Assembly (NCBI GenBank): GCA_035416665.1
Contig: DAOLNQ010000010.1
Coordinates: 1,228 to 65,227 of the forward strand
Length of the DNA stretch: 64,000 bases
Reading direction: 5' to 3'
Source: Candidatus Saccharicenans sp.
GTDB lineage: Bacteria; Acidobacteriota; Aminicenantia; Aminicenantales; Saccharicenantaceae
In this document: positions 31,607 through 40,908 of the stretch, piece by piece
Numbering within the stretch: position 1 is the stretch's first letter
Layout of the letters: every line of letters begins with the position of its first letter
Made by a program: the position numbers and the translations under genes
The notes under the pieces: model-generated
Told to the model about the DNA's origin: nothing
What the model saw: only the letters and a program-made list of their open reading frames with translations
The model's database searches: none

Positions 31607-31825
31607 ATGCCCAAGCAAGATGTATATGAAATGGAAGGCGTGGTCCTGGAGACTCTGCCTAATGCCATGTTTAAAGTTGAACTCGCTAATAAGCACGTTA
31701 TTCTGGCCCATATTTCGGGTCGGATGAGGAAAAATTTTATCAGGATTCTGCCTGGCGATAGGATCAGGGTGGAGATCTCACCCTATGACTTGACCAAGGG
31801 ACGGATCGTTTACCGCTATAAATGA
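31607..31825 (+). CDS. infA: translation initiation factor IF-1
   Basis: 72 aa, [18 protein letters not shown]...[16 protein letters not shown]. Confidence 0.96.
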   Translation: MPKQDVYEMEGVVLETLPNAMFKVELANKHVILAHISGRMRKNFIRILPGDRIRVEISPYDLTKGRIVYRYK

Positions 31826-31833
31826 GGTGAAAA

Positions 31834-31947
31834 ATGAAGGTCAGAGCATCTGTCAAGAAAATCTGTCGTAACTGCAAGATAGTCCGGAGAAAAGGCGTGG
31901 TTAGAGTTATATGCTCTAATCCGAAGCATAAACAAAGACAAGGATAA
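31834..31947 (+). CDS. rpmJ: 50S ribosomal protein L36 (zinc form)
   Basis: Not in the ORF track (37 aa). Hand translation: [37 protein letters not shown]. Confidence 0.9.
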   Translation: MKVRASVKKICRNCKIVRRKGVVRVICSNPKHKQRQG

Positions 31948-31959
31948 AAAGAGGAGAAC

Positions 31960-32340
31960 ATGGCAAGAATAGCAGGTATTACACTTCCACCGGAAAAGAA
32001 GATTGAGATCGGTTTGACCTACATCTATGGTATTGGCAGGTCAAAAGCTAATAAGATTCTGGACGAGGCCAGGATTGATAAAAATAAGAAGGTTAAAGAC
32101 CTGACCGAAGATGAGATCAACAAAATCCGTCAGATTATTGAGAAAAGAGAAAAAATAGAGGGCGAACTGCGGAAAGAGGTTTCGGCCAATATCAAGCGCT
32201 TAATTGATATCGGTTGCTACCGCGGCCTGAGACACAAGCGTAATTTGCCGGTTCGCGGGCAGAGAACGAAAACCAATGCCAGGACCAGAAAAGGGCCTCG
32301 CGGTCATACGATCAAGAAGCTCAAAGAGAAAAAAGCTTAA
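31960..32340 (+). CDS. rpsM: 30S ribosomal protein S13
   Basis: 126 aa, [10 protein letters not shown]...[21 protein letters not shown]. Confidence 0.96.
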   Translation: MARIAGITLPPEKKIEIGLTYIYGIGRSKANKILDEARIDKNKKVKDLTEDEINKIRQIIEKREKIEGELRKEVSANIKRLIDIGCYRGLRHKRNLPVRGQRTKTNARTRKGPRGHTIKKLKEKKA

Positions 32341-32364
32341 ATTGTAAAATAATGGAGAAGACTC

Positions 32365-32751
32365 ATGCCTAAAGCTAAAGCCAAGAAAAAAAAGGTTAAG
32401 AGAGAAGTCTCATACGGAGTAGCTCATATTCAATCGACCTTTAACAACACAATTATTACCATTGCTGATCAGCAGGGCAACACCATTTGCTGGGCCAGTT
32501 CTGGTACCTCCGGATTTAAGGGGGCCAGAAAAGGAACACCATTTGCTGCCCAGCTGGCCGCTAAGGATGTGGCTGGTAAAGCGAGAGAATATGGCGTTCG
32601 CTATGTTGATGTCAGGGTCAAGGGCCCTGGCGCCGGGCGGGAATCATCCATCAGAGCTCTGCAGGCTGCCGGGCTGGAAATAAAATCAATCCGGGATGTG
32701 ACTCCCATTCCTCACAATGGTTGCCGGGTGAGAAGGAAAAGGAGAGTCTAA
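32365..32751 (+). CDS. rpsK: 30S ribosomal protein S11
   Basis: 128 aa, [16 protein letters not shown]...TPIPHNGCR. Confidence 0.96.
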   Translation: MPKAKAKKKKVKREVSYGVAHIQSTFNNTIITIADQQGNTICWASSGTSGFKGARKGTPFAAQLAAKDVAGKAREYGVRYVDVRVKGPGAGRESSIRALQAAGLEIKSIRDVTPIPHNGCRVRRKRRV

Positions 32752-32778
32752 GAGAATGAAGGTTAAAGGAGATTAGTT

Positions 32779-33405
32779 ATGGCCAGGTATCAAAAGCCAG
32801 ATTGCCGTCTTTGCCGGACGGAAAAAACAAAGCTGTTTCTTAAAGGCAACAAATGTTTAACCGATAAATGCCCTCTGGAAAGAAGGTCTTTCGCTCCGGG
32901 TCAGCATGGCCGGCTGCGGAAAAGAGTTCTTGGTTATGCCATTCAGTTAAGAGAAAAACAAAAGCTAAAAAGATATTATGCCATGTCCGAAAAACAGTTC
33001 CGTCTGTTTTTTGAGAAGGCCGAGCAGCAAAAAGGTGTGACCGGCGAAAATCTGCTGATCCTGCTGGAAAGAAGGCTGGACAATGTGCTTTTTATGGTTG
33101 GATTTTCTCTATCCAGGGCGCAGGCCCGCCAGTTGATCACTCATGGGCATGTCCGGGTTAATGACCGGAAAGTCACCATCCCTTCTTATGTGGTGAAAGA
33201 AGGAGATCTCATCAGCCTGAGAGAAAAAACAGCTCAAAGTGAAAATTTCAAAGCAATAATTGAAGCTAATAAAGGCAAGTCTGTTCCAGGTTGGCTACAG
33301 CCTGACTGGGATAACCTGCAGGCCAGAGTGGCCTCATTGCCCACCAGACAGGACGTTACCATTCCAGTCGAAGAGCATCTGGTGGTAGAGCTTTATTCAA
33401 AATAA
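32779..33405 (+). CDS. rpsD: 30S ribosomal protein S4 (Cys-rich N-terminus)
   Basis: 208 aa. [15 protein letters not shown]...CLTDKC and an S4 RNA-binding domain. Confidence 0.95.
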   Translation: MARYQKPDCRLCRTEKTKLFLKGNKCLTDKCPLERRSFAPGQHGRLRKRVLGYAIQLREKQKLKRYYAMSEKQFRLFFEKAEQQKGVTGENLLILLERRLDNVLFMVGFSLSRAQARQLITHGHVRVNDRKVTIPSYVVKEGDLISLREKTAQSENFKAIIEANKGKSVPGWLQPDWDNLQARVASLPTRQDVTIPVEEHLVVELYSK

Positions 33406-33450
33406 CAGGGAAGGCTGCCTGATAATCAGCTTTCTTTAAAAGGAGGAACC

Positions 33451-34482
33451 ATGACCGAGCTTGGTTTCCAGAAGCCAAGATATTTAGAATGTGATTATGA
33501 AACGTTAACCAATACCTATGGCCGCTTCAAAGCACAACCCTTTGAACGCGGCTACGGAATTACCATTGGCAACTCTTTGCGTCGGGTGTTGTTGTCATCC
33601 ATCAGTGGGGCAGCCATAACCGCCGTAAAAATAGCGGGAGTGTTGCACGAGTTCTCTTCTATTCCCGGGGTGGTCGAGGATGTGACTCACATTCTGCTCA
33701 ACTTAAAAACAATTCCCCTAAAGCTAAAAGTCAATGAGCCAAAAAGGATGACCCTGAAAATGTCGGGCCCAGCTGAGGTTAAAGCTGGTGATCTGGTTCA
33801 TGATTCAGATATAGAAATATTAAACCCTGATATCCATATTGCCAGCCTGGATGCTGATGGTAAGCTGGAAATGGAAGTGGTGGTTAAAAATAATCGTGGT
33901 TACCAGAGTGCCGACCAGAACTTTAGCGATGATTTAAGTGTTGATTTTATCCCTCTCGATTCTTCTCATTCGCCAGTGATCAGGGTCAATTATACGGTTG
34001 AGCCAGCCCGGGTGGGGAAAAGAATTGATTACGAGAGCTTAACCTTGGAAGTCTGGACTAATGGAGCCATTAAACCAGGAGATGCCATTTCGCAGGCAGC
34101 TAAGATTTTAAGAGAGCATCTCAGCATTTTTCTAAACATCGTGGATGAGCCAATACCAAAGGAAGTGACTGCTTCTACTAAAGAAATACCTTATGCTGAT
34201 CTGGTTGATGTTCTGGCCAATAGCATCGATCATCTTGAATTGTCGGTCAGAGCTAATAATTGTTTGCGAGCGGCCGGTATTAGCTATGTTTATGAGCTGG
34301 TCCAGAAAACTGAAGAAGAACTGCTAAAAACCAAAAATTTTGGCCGCAAATCACTGCTGGAAATCAAAGAAACCCTGGCTAATCTTGGACTGGGTTTAAA
34401 CCTTGAGCTTCACCCCAAACTGCTCGAGCAGATCCAGACCATAATAAAAGAGAGAAAGACTGATAAGGAGCTGGAAGCATGA
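33451..34482 (+). CDS. rpoA: DNA-directed RNA polymerase subunit alpha
   Basis: 343 aa. N-terminal domain [12 protein letters not shown] and C-terminal domain [16 protein letters not shown]. Confidence 0.96.
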   Translation: MTELGFQKPRYLECDYETLTNTYGRFKAQPFERGYGITIGNSLRRVLLSSISGAAITAVKIAGVLHEFSSIPGVVEDVTHILLNLKTIPLKLKVNEPKRMTLKMSGPAEVKAGDLVHDSDIEILNPDIHIASLDADGKLEMEVVVKNNRGYQSADQNFSDDLSVDFIPLDSSHSPVIRVNYTVEPARVGKRIDYESLTLEVWTNGAIKPGDAISQAAKILREHLSIFLNIVDEPIPKEVTASTKEIPYADLVDVLANSIDHLELSVRANNCLRAAGISYVYELVQKTEEELLKTKNFGRKSLLEIKETLANLGLGLNLELHPKLLEQIQTIIKERKTDKELEA

Positions 34483-34889
34483 GGCATCAGGTTAAACGCT
34501 ACGAACTCAGACGCAATACATCTCATCGTCAAGCCTTGCTGCGCAATCTGGTCACTTCTCTACTGGAGAAAGAGAGGGTTAAGACTACCCTGGCTAAAGC
34601 TAAAGCAACCAGGCCAGTGGCCGAAAAGATGATTACTCTGGGAAGGCAAAATACCCTGGCCGCAAGGAGGCGGGCTCTTGGATATATCACCAAAGAATCA
34701 GTCGTCCAGAAATTATTTACCGAGCTTGGCCCAAGATTTAAGGAGCGTCCAGGAGGCTATACCAGGATTGTTAAACTGGGCCTGCGCTCCGGTGACGGAG
34801 CTCAAATGGCCATGATTGAGCTGCTGGGGGCAGAATATAAAAAGAAAGCAAAAAAGAAAGAAAAACCCACTCCTCCCGGCGCCAGATAA
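34479..34889 (+). CDS. rplQ: 50S ribosomal protein L17
   Basis: 136 aa, [24 protein letters not shown]. Confidence 0.95.
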   Translation: MRHQVKRYELRRNTSHRQALLRNLVTSLLEKERVKTTLAKAKATRPVAEKMITLGRQNTLAARRRALGYITKESVVQKLFTELGPRFKERPGGYTRIVKLGLRSGDGAQMAMIELLGAEYKKKAKKKEKPTPPGAR

Positions 34890-34907
34890 AAAGCGCCGCT
34901 GTTTTTT
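34877..34907 (+). terminator. candidate intrinsic terminator at the end of the alpha operon
   Basis: CGGCGC (34877-34882) pairs with GCGCCG (34893-34898), 10-nt loop, then CTGTTTTTT. Overlaps the rplQ stop. A second hairpin, CCCTGA/TCAGGG (34960-34977) plus TTTCGTTT, follows. Confidence 0.5.
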
Positions 34908-35009
34908 AGTCTGATCCTGGTTGATTCAGCCAGGAGCAAGAGGGAGATTGACTCTTTCCCCCTGAATTTTTTCAGGGTTTCGTTTGCCTTTCTCAGTCTA
35001 TTTTTCTAT

Positions 35010-35918
35010 CTATTTCTCAGCTGGGGCTCGCCGGCAACCCTGATAAATCCGCTGCCAGTACGCATCACGCAGGTCCGAGATCTGCACTACGGGTTTGTCA
35101 TGAGTGGTAGCATGAATGAATTCATGATCGCTGATCATCATTCCAACATGGGTAATGCTTTTTCCGCCAAAGAAAATTAAATCTCCAGCCTTTTCCTGTC
35201 CTTTTGGAATTTCCATCAGTCCTGAACTGGTGAACTGGATGCCTGCATCTCGGAGAATTTCTACCCCGCTCAGGCGGTAAATCAACTGAGCGAAACCAGA
35301 GCAATCAATGCCCAGTGGGCTGGTTCCGCCCCAGAGATAGGGAAGCCCGAGAAATCTTTTAGCTTGAGCGACCATTTGGTCGGGGGCCAGCCTGGGCCTT
35401 TTAAAAGGGGCCTGCTTTATTTCACCATCTCCCGCCTGGATAAAACCTTTATGACCACAGGGTAGAGTAACCGGTACCCAGCGCTCCTCTGGCTGACCGA
35501 CCTCTAGAACTGTACTGATTGGAGCCATTTTCAAGGGCCTTTGCTCGGTCACATCAGGAGTGGCATAAACAAAGGCCATCAAGCTGGTAACTTCCATGAC
35601 CTGGCCGCTGGTCGCATACAGTTTTTCGCCTGGTTTGTAGAGCCTGACCGCCCGGCTTTCGATCCAGCCCTGGTAGGTATCAGGCGTCTCAATAAAATAC
35701 CAGTTTTTTCCCTGGTCATCTTTTTCGGTCTTAAGAATTTTAACGGTGGTGCCCAGCAGAGCCTGGCTGACCACATCTACCTTTAAACTAGGCTTGGAGA
35801 ACATATTTTCTACCGACTGGATTACCACTCCTCGAGTTGCTTCGGTTTGAGCCAGAAGGCTGGTAGATAAAAGTATTAAGAAAAGAGCCGAACCCCAAAA
35901 AATGATTTTTTTATTCAT
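35010..35918 (-). CDS. secreted SH3b + NlpC/P60 cysteine peptidase (YkfC-like gamma-D-Glu-diamino-acid endopeptidase)
   Basis: 302 aa with a signal peptide. Catalytic GIDCSGF and HVGMM. N-terminal SH3-like repeats. Confidence 0.8.
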   Translation of the reverse strand: MNKKIIFWGSALFLILLSTSLLAQTEATRGVVIQSVENMFSKPSLKVDVVSQALLGTTVKILKTEKDDQGKNWYFIETPDTYQGWIESRAVRLYKPGEKLYATSGQVMEVTSLMAFVYATPDVTEQRPLKMAPISTVLEVGQPEERWVPVTLPCGHKGFIQAGDGEIKQAPFKRPRLAPDQMVAQAKRFLGLPYLWGGTSPLGIDCSGFAQLIYRLSGVEILRDAGIQFTSSGLMEIPKGQEKAGDLIFFGGKSITHVGMMISDHEFIHATTHDKPVVQISDLRDAYWQRIYQGCRRAPAEK

Positions 35919-36032
35919 CAGGACCTCCAGTATAAAATAGCTCCTTCATTATATTAAAAACAATAACGGCCAGCAAAATCTATTTAAAAAGATTAATCGA
36001 TTTTATATACTCAATAATTAGGGAGGTGAAAT

Positions 36033-37166
36033 ATGAATCGTAAAGAATTTTTTAAGACCTCTGGCACTCTCCTGGCTTCATCATTTTTTGTTAATCCATT
36101 ATCAGCCCGTTTTATGGAAAAAACTGTTAAGTCCGGTCGGGTTAAAATCACGACCAGAATTTATGAGCTGCGGTTGCGCCAGGCCTGGACTCTGTCCCGG
36201 GGGACCTGGGATACCAGGCGGAATGTCTTCGTCAGACTGGAAAGAGACGGAGTGGTGGGCTATGGCGAAGCGGCGCCCATCCCCAGATATGAAGAGAGCG
36301 CCGAGAGCAATCAGGCTTTTATAGAAAAAGCCGGGCCAATTCTGGACAGGGATCTCTGGGAGTTTCAGGATCGCTGGCGGGAAATTGAGCGCCTGACCCC
36401 TGGTCAGAATGCGGCCAAAGCGGCTCTGGATATGGCCATTCTGGATTGGGTGGGCAAAAGTCTGAAGATTCCGCTCTATAAGTTTTTTGGCATCAACAAA
36501 AATAAAACCATTCCAACGACTTTCTCCATCGGTATAGCGGAAGTTCCGGTGATGCAAAAAACTGCCCAGCAGGCGAAAAATTTTCAGGTGCTCAAAATAA
36601 AACTTGGTTCTAAGGATGATAAGAAGATTATCGAGGGCTTGAGAGAAGTAACTGATCGGCCCATCCGGGTGGATGTCAATGAAGGCTGGAAAGATAAGGA
36701 ACAGGCGCTAGACATGATTAACTGGTTGGCCGATAGAGGGGTAGAATTCGTTGAACAGCCTATGCCGGCTGCCAATCTTGACGATTATCGCTGGTTAAAA
36801 GAGCGGGTTAGAATCCCGATTATTGCTGATGAAAGCGTCCATAAAATTCAAGATGTGCCAGCTCTGGCCGCAGGTTTCCACGGCATAAACATTAAGCTGA
36901 TGAAATGTGGTGGCCTGCAGGAAGCACTGAGGTTGGTGGCGGTAGCCAGGTCTCTTAATTTGAAATTGATGATCGGCTGTATGATTGAGAGCTCGCTGGC
37001 TATTTCAGCTGCGGCCACTATCTGTCCTCTTTTTGACTATGCTGACCTGGATGGGAATTTGCTCATCAACAACGATCCTTTTAGCGGCTTAAAGCTTGAA
37101 GGCGACCGCTGGCTGTTGTCCGATCAGCCTGGCCTGGGTGTTAAGCCGACCATCCCCGAGTGGTAA
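36033..37166 (+). CDS. enolase-superfamily dipeptide (L-Ala-D/L-Glu) epimerase with an N-terminal export signal
   Basis: 377 aa, MR/MLE-family fold (LKIKLG, VDVNEGW, VEQP, IIADES, KLMKCGG). N-terminal NRKEFFK plus a hydrophobic stretch plus LSA. Divergent from the YkfC-like peptidase. Confidence 0.75.
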   Translation: MNRKEFFKTSGTLLASSFFVNPLSARFMEKTVKSGRVKITTRIYELRLRQAWTLSRGTWDTRRNVFVRLERDGVVGYGEAAPIPRYEESAESNQAFIEKAGPILDRDLWEFQDRWREIERLTPGQNAAKAALDMAILDWVGKSLKIPLYKFFGINKNKTIPTTFSIGIAEVPVMQKTAQQAKNFQVLKIKLGSKDDKKIIEGLREVTDRPIRVDVNEGWKDKEQALDMINWLADRGVEFVEQPMPAANLDDYRWLKERVRIPIIADESVHKIQDVPALAAGFHGINIKLMKCGGLQEALRLVAVARSLNLKLMIGCMIESSLAISAAATICPLFDYADLDGNLLINNDPFSGLKLEGDRWLLSDQPGLGVKPTIPEW

Positions 37167-37211
37167 ACTTATCGTTAGACTGAGCAAACGTTGGAAGCCT
37201 TTTAGCTGCTT

Positions 37212-38141
37212 TTATTTTTCTGAAACGATGCGCCCGTATTCGCTCGATCTCTCCAGGCGATCGAAGTAGCTGAAAGCTGCCTGCCCTATTTGTTTGATAG
37301 TGGCATTGCCCTCTGCTTCCGACTTAAGATAAGTGGTCATAACACAAATAATATAGGGGTGCTTTTTCAGGAAAACCAAACCAGAATCACAGCGCACAGC
37401 TTCTAGTTCTCCCGGCTTATCAGCCACTATTACCCCTTCCGGCACGGCTTGCTGCAGCGGGCTGTCCTTGGGAAGAGCCAGAATATTAAAGAATTCCTGT
37501 CTGTAGGAGAGAGAGAGAAGCTGGCCTTTATAGATTTTTTCCAGAAGGGTCATCATTTCATAGGGTGTCGATATATTTTCTCGGCCTTCCTCGGCCGCTT
37601 TAACATCCATCATTTTGCGCTCGAGTCGCGTCTGATTAAGACCCAGCGACTTCAGCCGGCTGTTGACATTTTTCATTCCGACCCTGTCTATAAGCAGGTT
37701 GGTCGCCGTATTGTCGGACAGAACTACCATCAGCACAGCCAGATCCCGGATGGACATCTTTAGAGATGGATAACCGAGGTAAGCCAGAATCAGGCCTCCT
37801 CCGACCTTGGCTTCTGGTGTCAGATTAATGAACTCATCGAGCTTTAACTGGCCTTCTTCCGCCTGTTTTAGCACCTCCAACAGAACAGCAATTTTAATCG
37901 AACTGGCTTGGGGAAAAATTTCATTTTCATTGATGACGATGGTTCGCCCGGTGGCCAGATCTTTAATCGCCAGCCCCAGCAGGCCATCCAGCTTATCATT
38001 AATGACCTTTATGTCGTTAATCAGCCTCTTTTCCAGAAGATTGGTTTTGTTGTCGGCTCCCAGCTGGCCAGACGAGATACCAATCATAAGCAGAGCCATC
38101 AAAAGATACGTTACCTTAGGACTTTTAAAAAAACTTGCCAT
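37212..38141 (-). CDS. class A beta-lactamase-related serine hydrolase
   Basis: 309 aa with a signal peptide. Motifs SSIK (SxxK), SDN and DKPG (KTG-like), plus an RLERK omega-loop-like segment. Confidence 0.7.
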   Translation of the reverse strand: MASFFKSPKVTYLLMALLMIGISSGQLGADNKTNLLEKRLINDIKVINDKLDGLLGLAIKDLATGRTIVINENEIFPQASSIKIAVLLEVLKQAEEGQLKLDEFINLTPEAKVGGGLILAYLGYPSLKMSIRDLAVLMVVLSDNTATNLLIDRVGMKNVNSRLKSLGLNQTRLERKMMDVKAAEEGRENISTPYEMMTLLEKIYKGQLLSLSYRQEFFNILALPKDSPLQQAVPEGVIVADKPGELEAVRCDSGLVFLKKHPYIICVMTTYLKSEAEGNATIKQIGQAAFSYFDRLERSSEYGRIVSEK

Positions 38142-38178
38142 CTAAGCCTCCCTTCTGATTGCTGACTAATAGCTTTGA

Positions 38179-39852
38179 TCAGTTAAAGCGAATGGTTAGC
38201 TTCTGGCCGACGCTCAGCAGATCGCTCTCCAGATTATTATCCTTCTTGATTTTATCGACGCTGAGCCCGTAATTGCGAGCTATCTCATAAAGCGTATCGC
38301 CTGGTTTGACCACATAATCAATATTCTGGCCGTCCGCTGGTTTGTCAGCCGGGCCAGACACCCGGGTTGATCCGGTTGTTTGCTGATTAGTATCTTCGGC
38401 AGTAGCTAAATCCTGTCCCTGTCCTGGAATCCTCAGCCGCTGACCGGGATAAATCAGCCTGGAACTTTTCAGTTTGTTTAGCCTGACAATGGCTGCTACT
38501 GAGGTATGATAGCGACGGGCAATCTGACCCAGTGTTTCTCCCTTTTTTACTGTATGCCAGCCATAAACCACATCGGGTGGCACCCAGTTGGGCAGCTCAT
38601 TCAGGCAGGCCAGAGTTTGCTCCCCATAACCAGTTGGTACTCGCAGTTCATAGGGATAATTGGGAGTAGAATCATACCTTAACTCAGGGTTAAGCTGACT
38701 CAAAAGGTCGGTTGATAAGCCCAGTTTGGAAGCCAGAACAGAAAGCTTAATCGGTTTGGTCAGACTAACTGTCTCATAAGATAGGGGTGAATCAACCTCG
38801 GGCAGGTTAAAACCATATTTTTCCGGGTTCTCAATAATGAGCAAAGTAGCAATAAATCTAGGTACATAGCGGGCGGTCTCGTAAGGCAGACTGGAAAACA
38901 AATCCCAGAAATTATCCAGATAATCTATTTTCTGATTCCGAATTACACTCTGTACTCTGATTTCGCCACAATTATAAGAAGCAATAGCTGTTGTCCAGTC
39001 ACCAAAGAAATTATGTAGCTCACTGAGATACTTGATGGCGGCCCTGGTTGATTTGACTGGATCCATTCTCTCGTCAATGTACTTGTCTCTCTTGAGACCA
39101 TATCTATAGCCAGTGGAGGCGATAAACTGCCAAAGACCAAGAGCCCTGGCCCGGGACAGAGCTCTGGTTTTAAAGCCGCTCTCTATTAGGGGTAGCCAGG
39201 AAAGCTCTTCCGGTAAACCTGCTTTTTTCAGCTCTTCCACAATCATCGGCCGGAACAGGCCAGATCTTCGGTAAGCCTCTTCAAAAAATTTCCTCTCGAC
39301 TGTTTGAAAGGATTTAACTTCAGCCAGTACCCAGTTATTTTCTACGACAGGAATAGTTTTGTGATTGCTGCCAGGAGGTGTCAATCGAAAAGCATAAACC
39401 TGCTGGATTTTCTGGACAAGTAAGATCCTCAAATCGTTTTTTTCCTGATCGAGCGCTGAACCAGCAGCCGCTTCGATTTTTAGCAGAGCCGCATAGGCCT
39501 TATCCAGAGAAGATAGAGCCTCGTCCAGCTCGCCTTTTTCCAGGGCAGCCTGGGCTTCCTGATACAGGGCATAGACCTCATCGCTGGGTGAGTTATATTC
39601 CTGAGATTCTCCTTCGACCCCGATCGTTTCTGACTGCAGTTCAGAGACAGTTGCTCCGGCCTCGGCGGTTTCTAAATTCTCGTTTTTCCTGTCTTCTGGT
39701 TGTTTAACCGGCTCTTTTCCCGCCGTTGTCTTAGCGGTGGCTGTTGGCACCTGTTTGGTTGGAGTCTGACTCCGATTAGAAGAACAACCGGCAGCCAGCA
39801 AAATTATTATAACTGCTGAAAAAAATTTTAAAAATGATTTGCGTTTAGCCAT
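38179..39852 (-). CDS. membrane-bound lytic murein transglycosylase D-like lipoprotein (SLT domain + 2 LysM)
   Basis: 557 aa. Lipobox LLAAGC, SLT catalytic LPLIESGF...GLWQF, and two C-terminal LysM repeats (HTVKKGETLGQIARRY, YVVKPGDTLYEIARNY). Confidence 0.85.
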   Translation of the reverse strand: MAKRKSFLKFFSAVIIILLAAGCSSNRSQTPTKQVPTATAKTTAGKEPVKQPEDRKNENLETAEAGATVSELQSETIGVEGESQEYNSPSDEVYALYQEAQAALEKGELDEALSSLDKAYAALLKIEAAAGSALDQEKNDLRILLVQKIQQVYAFRLTPPGSNHKTIPVVENNWVLAEVKSFQTVERKFFEEAYRRSGLFRPMIVEELKKAGLPEELSWLPLIESGFKTRALSRARALGLWQFIASTGYRYGLKRDKYIDERMDPVKSTRAAIKYLSELHNFFGDWTTAIASYNCGEIRVQSVIRNQKIDYLDNFWDLFSSLPYETARYVPRFIATLLIIENPEKYGFNLPEVDSPLSYETVSLTKPIKLSVLASKLGLSTDLLSQLNPELRYDSTPNYPYELRVPTGYGEQTLACLNELPNWVPPDVVYGWHTVKKGETLGQIARRYHTSVAAIVRLNKLKSSRLIYPGQRLRIPGQGQDLATAEDTNQQTTGSTRVSGPADKPADGQNIDYVVKPGDTLYEIARNYGLSVDKIKKDNNLESDLLSVGQKLTIRFN

Positions 39853-39939
39853 CTCCGACGCTCTCTTTTAAAATATTAATTAATTTATAGCATCAAAATT
39901 GTTCATAAATCAACACCGAATTGATTTGTCAGCCGACAT

Positions 39940-40908
39940 CTAATGGCGTTGGTGCCATCTCCAGGCTGTTTCTATAATTGTTTTAAGATCAGAAAATTTT
40001 CTTTTCCAGCCAAGATATTTTTCTGCTTTTTCACTGGCAGCCAGGAGAACCGGAACATCTCCCTCGCGCCTCGGACCGAACCTAATCGGTCTGGTCAGAC
40101 CGGTTACCTTTCGAGCTTCTTTAATGACCTCGAGGACAGAATAGCCACGGTTTGTACCGAGATTAAATGTCTGGCTGGTGTTCTCGGCAACCAGTCTGTC
40201 CAGGGCAAGAACGTGAGCTCTGGCCAGATCGGTCACGTGGATATAATCTCTAATAGCCGTCCCGTCAGGGGTAGGGAAATCCTGGCCATAAACCATAAAA
40301 TCGTCCTTTTTCCCCAGAAAATAAAGAAGCAAACTTGGAATCAGATGGGTTTCTGGCTGATGGCATTCTCCCAGCAGCCCTTCTGGATCAGCTCCTGCCG
40401 CATTAAAATAGCGTAAAGAAGTGTATTTCAAACCATAAGCGCGATCATAATCCTGAAGCATCCTTTCCACCATAAACTTGGTGGCTCCGTAAGGATTGAT
40501 GGGATTAAGAGGATGGTCTTCAGTGATGGGTGTTTTTAGAGGCACACCATAGACAGCCGCGCTGGAGGAAAAAATAAAATATCTGACCTTAAACTCAGGC
40601 AGGCAATCGAGCAGATTAAGCGTCGTCCTCAGGTTGTGGTTATAATACTTAGCCGGCTGGGCATAAGATTCTGCTACCTGAATCAAAGAGGCAAAGTGCA
40701 TCACAGCTTCAGGCTGGTAGGCTTTAAAAACCTGCCTGATATCTTCGACCGAGCGCAGGTCACCTCTAATCACGTGGCCTCCGATGATCAGTTCTTCCCG
40801 GCCAGAACTGAAATTATCAAAAATAACCACCTCCTCCTTTCTGCTGAGCAGTTCTTTAACAGTATGAGAACCAATATAACCAGCCCCACCGGTTACCAGG
40901 ATTCTCAT
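39940..40908 (-). CDS. galE: UDP-glucose 4-epimerase
   Basis: 322 aa. GGAGYIGSH, SSSAAVYG and YGATK. Confidence 0.88.
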   Translation of the reverse strand: MRILVTGGAGYIGSHTVKELLSRKEEVVIFDNFSSGREELIIGGHVIRGDLRSVEDIRQVFKAYQPEAVMHFASLIQVAESYAQPAKYYNHNLRTTLNLLDCLPEFKVRYFIFSSSAAVYGVPLKTPITEDHPLNPINPYGATKFMVERMLQDYDRAYGLKYTSLRYFNAAGADPEGLLGECHQPETHLIPSLLLYFLGKKDDFMVYGQDFPTPDGTAIRDYIHVTDLARAHVLALDRLVAENTSQTFNLGTNRGYSVLEVIKEARKVTGLTRPIRFGPRREGDVPVLLAASEKAEKYLGWKRKFSDLKTIIETAWRWHQRH

